Positions 10,705 through 18,786 of a DNA stretch of 20,610 nt are shown here, in pieces. How positions within the stretch are numbered: position 1 is the first letter of the stretch; each line of letters opens with the position of its first letter. The stretch covers positions 1-20,610 of the forward strand of contig JAYUUO010000303.1 in assembly GCA_043754515.1 (NCBI GenBank), written 5' to 3'. The notes under the pieces are model-generated. The model saw only the letters and a list, made by a program, of their open reading frames with translations, did no database searches and was not told the DNA's origin. Source of the stretch: Armatimonadota bacterium (lineage in GTDB: Bacteria > Armatimonadota > Armatimonadia > Armatimonadales > Armatimonadaceae). Made by a program: the position numbers and the translations under genes.

Positions 10705-12873
10705 TTGTCCTTTCCGCCTGACATAAACTCGCCGATCACGCAGTTGCAGTTCGGCGACGAGGATGTGTCCATCACCCTGCGCCGCGCGTGGGATCGCGCG
10801 CTACGCATGCTATCCCAGCGTGTCAACAAACCGACCTTCGAGACGCACCTGCGCGGGCTGAAGCCGCTCGCCTACTCCGAAGCGACGGACGGACGCGGCC
10901 TTCCCGTCCGCAACGTGACCATCGGCGCGCCGTCCGCGTTCACCCGCTCCTGGGTCGAAGGGCGGCACGCCCCCCTGATCCGCGAAGTGCTGGAGGAGAT
11001 ATTCGACGGCGCGGTAGTGCTCGACTTCGCGCTCAGTCCTAAAGAAGGGGATAAGCCAAGCGGTGTGGGCGGGGCGGGCGACCCCGCGCGCCGCGCCCCG
11101 CTGCCGGGGGCTTCGCACGGGCGCGGAAACGGCGCGAGCCTCGCTACCACGGCGGCGACGCGATTGACCGCCCCGGAAGCCAACCCAGAGCGACTGGGGA
11201 GCACTTGGGAGCGGAGCCGGGAACAGGGCGACGGTATAACGGCGCGGGTGGACGCGCCGCCCGCGCCCCGAACACCCGCGTCGCGGGCAACGCCGGGACA
11301 GTCTTCGGCGGCGGGCGAGCGGGTTATACACCCGACGTCGGATGAGTTCGCGGAAACCGAGGCCGCCGCCCATCCACCCGCCCGCGCCGTGCCCGCCGAA
11401 CCGACAAGGACGCCGCGGATCCAGCCAGCCCCGAACGCCGACGCCGTGCGAAACATGCCTCCGGTTCTCGCCGGGCGGCACCCGGACGCGCCGGAAATCA
11501 ACCCGCGCTACACATTCGACAAGTTCATCGTCGGGCCGACGAACCGACTCGCGCACGGGGGCGCGTTTGCGGTCGCCACGTCGCCCGGAGCGCGGTATAA
11601 CCCCCTCTTCATCTACGCGCCGTCTGGCCTCGGCAAGACGCACCTGCTCCACGCCATCGCGAACGCGCAGATGCAAAAAACGGACGGCGCGAAACAACGT
11701 ATCGCGTATATGAGCGGAGAAGCGTTCACGGCACAGTATGTGACGTCCATCCGCCAGCACAAGGCGGAAGAGTTCCGCCGTCGCCTCAAATCGGTAGACC
11801 TTTGGCTTGTTGACGACATCCAGTTCATCGCGGGCAAGGAGCACACCAAAGAGGAGTTTTTCCACGCCTTCAACGCCCTGCAATCAGCCGGCAAGCAGAT
11901 TGTCATCTGCTCCGACCGTTCGCCGCGCGAATTGCGAGCACTGGATGAGCGGTTGCAATCGCGCTTCGAGTCGGGGCTGGTGGCCGACATAGCCCCGCCG
12001 GATCTCGAAACCCGCCTTGCGATTCTGCAGAAGAAGGCGGAGAACGAAACCACCCGCGTCCCGGACGACGTGCTGTTGTACATGGCACGGCTGGTGCAGA
12101 GCAACATTCGCACGCTCGAGGGCGCACTCGTGAAGCTGGTCGCGTACGCGAGCCTTGTCAACTCACCGGTGACGACGAAGATGGCGGAGGGGATACTGGA
12201 ACGCTACTTCATCGCGGCCGGGTCGGGACTGGCACCAGTCGGCGGATTGACGCAGACGTTCCCGTCGGTTTCCCCGAAGTTCGACCCGGTCGGCATTCGC
12301 GAGGGTCGCGCCCGCGCAACGGGCGACGACGCGCGAACGGGCGGGGCGCGCGACGGGCGAGTGCCGGGCGGCTTGGGGAACACCCCGTCGGCATCACCGG
12401 AGGCAATGCCGCCTGCGACGAAGCCGCGACCCACGCCCGACGCGCCGAACCATCCGCCGATAACGGCGCGTACGGCACCCGCTACCGCTCACGGGTCGCC
12501 GCTCCCGCCGCTATCGGCGGATCTGATCCGGCGCGTGGTGGCGAAACGCTATAATGTCCCGCTCGACGAGTTGGGCGGCAAGCGGCGAGACAGGGACGTG
12601 GTGAACGCGCGTCAGGTGGCGATGCACCTGCTCCGCGAACTGACCGCGATCTCGTTACCGGGGATCGGTCAGCTGTTCGGGGGCCGGGATCACACCACCG
12701 TGATCCACGCCTGCGACCGAGTTAAGGCGCAGATCGGGATTGACGACGAAATGCGCCAGATGGTGGAGGGGATACTGGAGGAGATGGGCAACCCCACCTC
12801 TGGCCGTGAAACACCTCCTGTACCGCGCCATGCCGCGCAAACGTTTGAACAAGGTTTGTTCGGCGACAAATAA
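10705..12873 (+). CDS. dnaA: Chromosomal replication initiator DnaA, unusually long
   Basis: 722 aa from a TTG start preceded by GGGGGTG; domain I (W..aL..l, APSAFTRSWV), NPRYTFDKFIVG, YNPLFIYAPSGLGKTHLL, LVDDIQF, EEFFHAFNAL, NIRTLEGAL, domain IV ARQVAMHL..SLPGIGQLFGGRDHTTVIHAC; exact start uncertain. Confidence 0.97.
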   Translation: MSFPPDINSPITQLQFGDEDVSITLRRAWDRALRMLSQRVNKPTFETHLRGLKPLAYSEATDGRGLPVRNVTIGAPSAFTRSWVEGRHAPLIREVLEEIFDGAVVLDFALSPKEGDKPSGVGGAGDPARRAPLPGASHGRGNGASLATTAATRLTAPEANPERLGSTWERSREQGDGITARVDAPPAPRTPASRATPGQSSAAGERVIHPTSDEFAETEAAAHPPARAVPAEPTRTPRIQPAPNADAVRNMPPVLAGRHPDAPEINPRYTFDKFIVGPTNRLAHGGAFAVATSPGARYNPLFIYAPSGLGKTHLLHAIANAQMQKTDGAKQRIAYMSGEAFTAQYVTSIRQHKAEEFRRRLKSVDLWLVDDIQFIAGKEHTKEEFFHAFNALQSAGKQIVICSDRSPRELRALDERLQSRFESGLVADIAPPDLETRLAILQKKAENETTRVPDDVLLYMARLVQSNIRTLEGALVKLVAYASLVNSPVTTKMAEGILERYFIAAGSGLAPVGGLTQTFPSVSPKFDPVGIREGRARATGDDARTGGARDGRVPGGLGNTPSASPEAMPPATKPRPTPDAPNHPPITARTAPATAHGSPLPPLSADLIRRVVAKRYNVPLDELGGKRRDRDVVNARQVAMHLLRELTAISLPGIGQLFGGRDHTTVIHACDRVKAQIGIDDEMRQMVEGILEEMGNPTSGRETPPVPRHAAQTFEQGLFGDK

Positions 12874-13198
12874 CCCCCTGGGCCTCTATTTCGGCTGATT
12901 TTCCCACATCCGTTTGTTTATTTTGGTAGCAATTGCTACTGTTCGCTGGATAATGAGTTCTAGTGTAACAGAACACTGGTATTTCAGTATTCTAGTACAG
13001 AGTATTAAATATACCTGTTGAGTGTGGATAGTTATAATAGCGATTAAACCGCCGCGCCTGGTGCTATTAATCAGGCCTAATAAATCAAAACACACTATTG
13101 TGTGATAAAACAATAGTGTGCTATTATTAAATTGATTGAACGATATTTTTGTCGCGAAAAATGGCGGTTTGATGCTTGTTTCTCAGCATAAATTGCTG

Positions 13199-13219
13199 TT
13201 ATCCAAAAAGTTATCCACA
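13199..13219 (+). promoter_or_regulatory. Tandem DnaA-box pair
   Basis: TTATCCAAA-AAG-TTATCCACA. Confidence 0.85.
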
Positions 13220-13264
13220 AGACAGGCTTATAGAGTTGGCAAACAAATAGTTTGCCTTTTTTTA

Positions 13265-13392
13265 TATGGTGTTCTAGAACACCATAACTGTGTAAAACAG
13301 CCCGATTTCGTAGCTAGTGTTTTAGAACACTAGAGCAGTAAAGGGTTAAAACAGTGTGTTCTAGTGTTCTAGTGTTCTAGTGTTCTAAAACA
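13265..13392. repeat. TGTTCTAG / GTTCTAGAAC palindrome and tandem-repeat cluster
   Basis: Perfect 22-bp palindrome 13265-13286; 20-bp palindrome with 1 mismatch 13314-13333; (TGTTCTAG)x3 plus TGTTCTAAAACA at 13357-13392. Confidence 0.9.
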
Positions 13393-13614
13393 TAATACGT
13401 CACAGTCTCGTGACTGGTCAGCATGCTGAAGTCACACTTTGAAACGAAAAGCAAACACCTGCACCCTAAAACATCTGTGTGTAGAAATAGTTGTTTGCCG
13501 AATAAGTGAGCGAAAACCAGCTGTTTTACATCACTTATACCCGGAAAGTGACGCCGAAAACATAATATCCGTAACTTTGCAATCCAAAGAGGAAAGGCGT
13601 TACAAAGCGTTGTA

Positions 13615-13632
13615 CTACTACTACTACTACTA
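13615..13632. repeat. DnaA-trio array (CTA)6, i.e. 3'-GAT-5' x6 on the bottom strand, followed by AT-rich DNA
   Basis: TACTACTACTACTACTACTA then ATCAATATAAAGATAATAGTATTA; same polarity as the Bacillus subtilis oriC unwinding element. Confidence 0.75.
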
Positions 13633-14143
13633 ATCAATATAAAGATAATAGTATTAGATTCTTACGCGAGCCGATCTCAAGCCTGGTCGCTTTCAGAAAG
13701 GGGACGGGTATATAGTTATGTGTATCGGATGGAGATTCACCAGCGAAACGAACTCGACTCGATTGTGGGAAACAGAACCGATAGTTACGATCAAAGGCGA
13801 ACGTAGGAACTGTTCTCGGATTCGTCATCCTCGGGGCGATACGTCCCTGATGACAGCGAATGTCGCCATCAAGACGCTACCGTGATAGCCACGAATCGCG
13901 TCAGGTGGCCCGCAGGAGCGTCGCGGGAGGCCAGTGTGCTCCGGATACAGGGCGCGGTTCGATCAGCCCCAGGGAAGGGTACGGGCGACGGAGGAGAGCA
14001 CGGGCGGCCACCGCGCGAGCCTCCCGGACATGCGACAATCTCGAAAATCTACCGAGCACCCGCGCGGCGATCACGCGCGCGGGCCTCTCCGGACTTTCCG
14101 TAGAGGGAGAGATTACGCGCTGGTACCAGTGTACGCCGCGCGG

Positions 14144-16738
14144 CTACTCGGAAAGGCGGCGACCCGTCCATCGCTCGATGGCCGCCACCAGCGCATCCGC
14201 GCTGACCGGCTTCGCGAGGAATCCGTCGAAGCCGACCGCGCCGCCATCCCCAGCAGGGTCTTCCCCCTCGGACATCAGGCCGATGACGGGTGTGTGATCC
14301 CCGGCCAAACCGGCAACCCGAACCTGCGCGCCAGGATCCGAAGTCAGCGCGTCCAACAGGATCAGATCGAACCGCCCGCCGTGGCTCATCGCGACGCCCA
14401 CCCCAGCGACGTCCTCCGCCAGGGTGACCACCGCCCCGCGCTTTTCGAGGAGCCGCGCCAAAAGTCTGCGGTTCACCGGGTTGCTTTCGGCGAGCAGGAT
14501 GCGGAGCGGGGCGGGAGCGACGCCAGTCGCGGGCGCGTCCGGCATCATTGCGCGAATGCTGACCGCCCGGTGGGCACCGGAAGCGGTGTTGGCGGCGGGC
14601 GGTGAATCGAGCATGAGTGGCGGGGGCATGGCGCGGCCAGCGTAGCGCTCTAGATCGTGCAGAGTGTCATGCAGGGCGTCCCGAGGGGCGTCGGCCACCT
14701 GGGATGCCAACGCAGTCTCCAGGGCGCGTCGCAGGGCATCCTGACGCACCGGCTGGTGCAGGGTGGCCGTGATCCCGAACGCTCGCGCCGCTCCCGGATC
14801 CCCCCCGGCCACCGCGGACGTCAACAACATAAGAGGCACCCGAGTCATGCGCGCGGAAAGCCCACCCTCGCCGCGCCGAACGCGCCGCGCGAACTCGAAA
14901 CCACTTGTATCGCTTATATGTAAATCTAGAATAACAACATCAATCATCGAATCATCGCTCACATGGGCGAGGCGATCCAGCGCGTCCGCGCCGCTCCACA
15001 ACGCCTCGCCGCGCATCCCGAGCGTGCCGACCTGGCCCAGAAGTACCCGCTGATTCGTATCATTATCGCCGACGAACAAGACATTTCTCCCCGCGAGCAG
15101 TTCGGAAACCGGGTCGCCGACCGGGGCGGCACCCGCCGCGTCTCCGGTCTGGAGCGGCAGCGGAAGACTGAATAGGAACGTCGCGCCTTTCCCTTCTTCG
15201 CTCACGCAGGAGATATCGCCGCCCATTCGCTCAACCAGTTGCTTACAAATCGCGAGTCCCAGACCTGTGCCGCCGTACCGACGCGTCATCGAGCCGTCCG
15301 CCTGTGAAAAGCTGTGAAACAGCCACTTCTTCGCCTCCGACGCGATGCCAATGCCTGTATCAGACACTTCAAAGCGGATCAGAGCGTTCGTGGCGGTAAC
15401 CGAATCTGCGTCAACACGTACCACTACCTCGCCGTTCTGGGTGAACTTAATCGCGTTCCCGACCAGGTTCATCAGAACCTGCCGAATGCGGCCCGGATCG
15501 CCGACAAGCTGGATGGGTGTTCCCGCCTCGATCACATAGCCCATCGCCAGCCCTTTTCGTTCCGCGCCCCCGTACAACAGTGCTATCAAGTCTTCGACAA
15601 CGGCCCGCAGATCGAACGGAATTTGTTCGAAATCCATTTTGCCCGCTTCGATTTTAGAAAAGTCCAGAATATCGTCAATTACGGCGAGCAAAAGAGCCGC
15701 GCTTTCCTGTGCCGTGCGCGCGAAGTCACGCTGTTCGGGCGTGAGGTCTGAGTCGAGAAGGAGGCTGGTCATGCCGAGCACGCCGTTCATTGGGGTGCGT
15801 ATTTCGTGGCTCATGTTCGCCAAAAACTCTGACTTCATCCGGGTCGTGTCCAACGCTTCGTCGCGCGCGACCCGCAGTGCCTCCGCCTGATCCGAAAGCA
15901 CTCGGTTCATGTCGCGGAGCGCGCGGTTCAGCCGGTCGAGGTCGCTCCCGCGCGTCGTCAGCGTCCCGACCCCCTCCACGACGGCGGTGAAACCGGGGTT
16001 GAGCACGATCAGGCTGAGGACGCCGATACAGCCGACAGTCAGCGTCGCCATCAACGCCTCGACCGCCGCGATCGTGTCCCGGTGCGACTCGGCGGAGTCC
16101 TGGAACGAACCGAGAAGCCGCTCCATCACCAAGGAATAGGTTCGGTTTGCTGACGCGAGTCGTTCGGTCGCTTGTAAAAGCGCGAGGGAGTTTCGCTCGG
16201 TAACGCCATGCGCATCGAGACGGGTTACCTCGGTGTCCACCGTTGCCGCCGCCGCGATCAGCCGCGTATGCGACCTCCCCGCGGCGGCTAAAGAATCCAC
16301 CGCCGCGCGGGCGGTGTCCGGCTTCATTAGCCCGCCGTTCGCGTCCTGGAGGGTGTTCTGCGCCTCAGATAATTCGCGCACGTCGGCACGGAGGCGGCTA
16401 CGGATCGCGTCGCGTTCCGCCGCGTCTCGTGCCGGACATAGTAGCATTGCGCCCGTGGTCACTCGGGCAGACAGAGCCAGTTGGTGGTGTGTCGCCCGGA
16501 GAAGGCGGTCGTCGAAGCGGCCGTTGTCAAGCGAGACGCGGGAAAGAAGGAAGGACGCCGCCGGGAGCGCGATCAGCAACGCCAGTACCCCGATGCCGCG
16601 CCGACGCAACTGTTCGAGCGGAACTCCTAGGTTTTGCCGGACGGGCAGAACAACCGTATCGAAGGGCGCGGGAATAATCCCCGCTCCGACCGGCGTCGGT
16701 GCCGGGAAATCTGCGTACGGAAGGTCATTCTTGGGCAT
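14144..16738 (-). CDS. Membrane hybrid sensor histidine kinase (2 TM, HisKA, HATPase, two receiver-like domains)
   Basis: 864 aa; two hydrophobic segments, [54 protein letters not shown], two REC-like regions; TATAAT 13 nt upstream on the minus strand. Confidence 0.93.
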   Translation of the reverse strand: MPKNDLPYADFPAPTPVGAGIIPAPFDTVVLPVRQNLGVPLEQLRRRGIGVLALLIALPAASFLLSRVSLDNGRFDDRLLRATHHQLALSARVTTGAMLLCPARDAAERDAIRSRLRADVRELSEAQNTLQDANGGLMKPDTARAAVDSLAAAGRSHTRLIAAAATVDTEVTRLDAHGVTERNSLALLQATERLASANRTYSLVMERLLGSFQDSAESHRDTIAAVEALMATLTVGCIGVLSLIVLNPGFTAVVEGVGTLTTRGSDLDRLNRALRDMNRVLSDQAEALRVARDEALDTTRMKSEFLANMSHEIRTPMNGVLGMTSLLLDSDLTPEQRDFARTAQESAALLLAVIDDILDFSKIEAGKMDFEQIPFDLRAVVEDLIALLYGGAERKGLAMGYVIEAGTPIQLVGDPGRIRQVLMNLVGNAIKFTQNGEVVVRVDADSVTATNALIRFEVSDTGIGIASEAKKWLFHSFSQADGSMTRRYGGTGLGLAICKQLVERMGGDISCVSEEGKGATFLFSLPLPLQTGDAAGAAPVGDPVSELLAGRNVLFVGDNDTNQRVLLGQVGTLGMRGEALWSGADALDRLAHVSDDSMIDVVILDLHISDTSGFEFARRVRRGEGGLSARMTRVPLMLLTSAVAGGDPGAARAFGITATLHQPVRQDALRRALETALASQVADAPRDALHDTLHDLERYAGRAMPPPLMLDSPPAANTASGAHRAVSIRAMMPDAPATGVAPAPLRILLAESNPVNRRLLARLLEKRGAVVTLAEDVAGVGVAMSHGGRFDLILLDALTSDPGAQVRVAGLAGDHTPVIGLMSEGEDPAGDGGAVGFDGFLAKPVSADALVAAIERWTGRRLSE

Positions 16739-16836
16739 CGTGAACCGCTCAATTATACACCGGAATCACGCGCCTGGGGCAAAGTCCGGTCGCGTCGCTA
16801 GGGTACTTGCATCATAGTTTCGCCACTTGTCCTGCG

Positions 16837-16968
16837 AGCGGGCGGCATCGGCGCGGGCGTCGCGCCGCCGACCGGCCGCCTTCCAACGGGGGGCGTTCCG
16901 GTGGGCGCGCCGCCCGCGCCGATGCTTCGCCGCCCGCGCCGATGCCGCCCGCGCCGATGCCGCCCGCT
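16837..16968. repeat. Intergenic inverted and tandem GC-rich repeat
   Basis: 16837-16859 is the exact reverse complement of 16946-16968 (23 bp); unit GCCGCCCGCGCCGAT at 16909, 16929, 16944 and partially at 16959. Confidence 0.85.
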
Positions 16969-17185
16969 GTCCGCGAATACACGTCGTATTAGCGACATAG
17001 CTTACGACGCGATCGCCCTAATCGCGTCGCCCGCTCCCTCGACGCGACCGAGCCGTGCCTTCCGGTTGCGGTGACTGTCAAGCAGAACGAGGGGGCCGCG
17101 CGGATGGGCCCGAGCCTCAAAGAGGCCTCCCGATTCACCTCCACCGCCTGACGCGGAATCAACCCGAATAATAATCAATGGGCCA

Positions 17186-17214
17186 TTGACAACACGGGAA
17201 TGATTCCCTATAAT
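17186..17214 (+). promoter_or_regulatory. Consensus sigma70 promoter of the cys operon
   Basis: TTGACA (17186-17191), 17 bp spacer, TATAAT (17209-17214). Confidence 0.9.
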
Positions 17215-17234
17215 ACCGGTATAGTATACTTGTA

Positions 17235-17948
17235 ATGTCAACATTAGACGCTATCACCGGACCCGAACAAGCCGCGCTTTGGGGCGAGCGGTTTGCGCGA
17301 GCCGACCCGCAAACGATCCTGCGCTGGGCGACGGAGACGTTCGGGGCGCGGCTGGGTATCGCCTGCTCATTCGGCGGGATCTCGGGCATGGCCATCGTTG
17401 ACATGGCTGTCAAAATCCAGCCCGATGTGCGCGTTTATTACACGGATACCGAGTTTCTGTTCCCGGAAACATACGCGACACGCGACGCCGTGGCGGCGAA
17501 ATACAACATCGTGCCGCTCGGGTACCGGCCCAAACTGACACCCGAACAGCAGGCGGCGGCGCACGGCGATGCGCTGTGGCGTACGAACCCTGACCTGTGT
17601 TGCGCGATCCGCAAAGTCGAGCCGAACGCCCGCGCCCTGGAAGGACTCGACGCCTGGGTAGCGGGGTTGCGCCGCGACCAGAGCGACACGCGCAAGAATA
17701 TCGAGCCGGTGCAGTGGGACGCGAAGTTCGGCGTGTTCAAAATCGCGCCGCTCTTCGCCTGGTCCGAGGCGGACGTCTGGCGGTACATCGCGGCGAACCA
17801 GGTGCCGTACAACCCGCTACACGACGACGGCTACGCGAGCGTCGGGTGTACGCACTGCACGACGGCGGGGCAGGGCCGGAATGGTCGCTGGCAGGGTTCG
17901 ACAAAAACCGAGTGCGGGCTACACGCGGCGACAACCCCGGCATGTTAG
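17235..17948 (+). CDS. cysH: APS/PAPS reductase, [4Fe-4S]-type
   Basis: 237 aa; SFG, DTEFLFPETY, CCAIRKVEP, GLRRDQS, YASVGCTHCT, GRW, KTECGLH. Confidence 0.95.
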   Translation: MSTLDAITGPEQAALWGERFARADPQTILRWATETFGARLGIACSFGGISGMAIVDMAVKIQPDVRVYYTDTEFLFPETYATRDAVAAKYNIVPLGYRPKLTPEQQAAAHGDALWRTNPDLCCAIRKVEPNARALEGLDAWVAGLRRDQSDTRKNIEPVQWDAKFGVFKIAPLFAWSEADVWRYIAANQVPYNPLHDDGYASVGCTHCTTAGQGRNGRWQGSTKTECGLHAATTPAC

Positions 17949-17973
17949 GCGCGGTGGGGGCGAAGGACGAGAC

Positions 17974-18786
17974 ATGGAACTGACACATTTAGACTATCTA
18001 GAAAACCAAAGCATCTACATCTTCCGGGAGGCGTTCCACGCGTTTCATAAGCCGTGCATGCCGTGGAGCATGGGCAAGGACTCGAACGTGCTGATATGGC
18101 TCGCCTCGAAGGCGTTCGGCGGCCACATTCCCTTCCCAGTCATGCACATTGACACCACGTACGAGTTCCCCGAAATGCTGGCATTCCGCGAATGGGCCGT
18201 GGGAGAGTACGGGCTTAATTTAATCGTCAAGATCAACGAGGAGGCGCGGTACGGACGTGGTGTCGGCTACGAGACGCACGACCCGGTGACAGTCACGCAC
18301 GAATTAAAGACCGTGGCCCTGCAACAGGCACTCGCCGAGCACAAGTTCGACGCCCTGATCACCGGCATTCGGCGCGACGAGGACTCGACTAGGGCCAAAG
18401 AGCGGTACTTCTCGCCCCGATCGGCGCAGTACGAGTGGGATTACCGGGACCAGCCGCCGGAGTTCTGGGGGCAGTTCACGACCGACATCCGGTCCGGCGA
18501 ACATGTACGCGTCCAGCCGCTTCTCGACTGGACGGAGGGTGACATCTGGCGCTATATCCGGCGCGAGAAGATTCCGATCCCCGACATGTACTTCGCGAAG
18601 AACGGCAAGCGGTACCGCTCGCTCGGCTGTATGCCGATCACGCACCCGGTCGCGTCCGACGCCGACACGCTGGACAAGGTGATCACCGAACTCGAAAACA
18701 CGAAGGTGTCGGAGCGCGCCGGACGGGCGCAAGATCACCACGAGCGGAACGCGATGCAGAAACTGCGTGCCAAAGGATTCATGTGA
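17974..18786 (+). CDS. cysD: Sulfate adenylyltransferase subunit 2
   Basis: MELTHLDYLENQSIYIFRE, SMGKDS, HIDT, GIRRDED..RAKERYFS, RSLGC; start moved from ORF-track 17881 to ATG 17974 (in frame, AAGGA RBS, avoids overlap with cysH). Confidence 0.93.
   Translation: MELTHLDYLENQSIYIFREAFHAFHKPCMPWSMGKDSNVLIWLASKAFGGHIPFPVMHIDTTYEFPEMLAFREWAVGEYGLNLIVKINEEARYGRGVGYETHDPVTVTHELKTVALQQALAEHKFDALITGIRRDEDSTRAKERYFSPRSAQYEWDYRDQPPEFWGQFTTDIRSGEHVRVQPLLDWTEGDIWRYIRREKIPIPDMYFAKNGKRYRSLGCMPITHPVASDADTLDKVITELENTKVSERAGRAQDHHERNAMQKLRAKGFM

Larger units (their letters stand above)
12880..13780. other. Candidate replication origin oriC
   Basis: Strongly AT-rich non-coding island directly after dnaA. 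Box-like sites: TTTCCCACA 12900-12908, TGTGGATAG 13023-13031, TTATCCAAA 13199-13207, perfect TTATCCACA 13211-13219, TGTGTAAAA 13289-13297, TGTGGGAAA 13764-13772. Also DnaA-trio repeats and nearby parS sites. Confidence 0.85.

Noticed and set aside
9505..10705. ORFs or an ncRNA in the region upstream of dnaA
   Set aside because: Overlapping ORFs with no family motifs; GC hairpins (e.g. ~9923-9956) match no RNA family I can recognise; an Rfam search would settle it
12211..12510. DnaA insertion as an intein or mobile element
   Set aside because: No splicing motifs, endonuclease motifs or terminal repeats; low-complexity composition
12798..12813. parS-like sequence in the dnaA tail (CTCTGGCCGTGAAACA)
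   Set aside because: Only the right half matches; not palindromic
13357..13392. Tandem repeats as a CRISPR array
   Set aside because: 8-bp units with no spacers and no cas genes
12880..13780. AT-rich island as horizontally acquired DNA
   Set aside because: No integrase, transposase, tRNA or flanking direct repeats; better explained as oriC
12886..13828. Short ORFs in the AT-rich island, including one ending in poly-Tyr and ones with repeated VLEH
   Set aside because: Peptides are by-products of the DNA repeats; composition unlike the real genes; no clear RBS
13860..14605. Plus-strand ORFs of 145 and 223 aa after the origin
   Set aside because: Overlap the kinase 3' end on the opposite strand, low complexity, no similarity to DnaN
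17881..17973. N-terminal extension of cysD in the ORF track
   Set aside because: Overlaps the cysH end; ATG 17974 has an RBS and matches the family N-terminus
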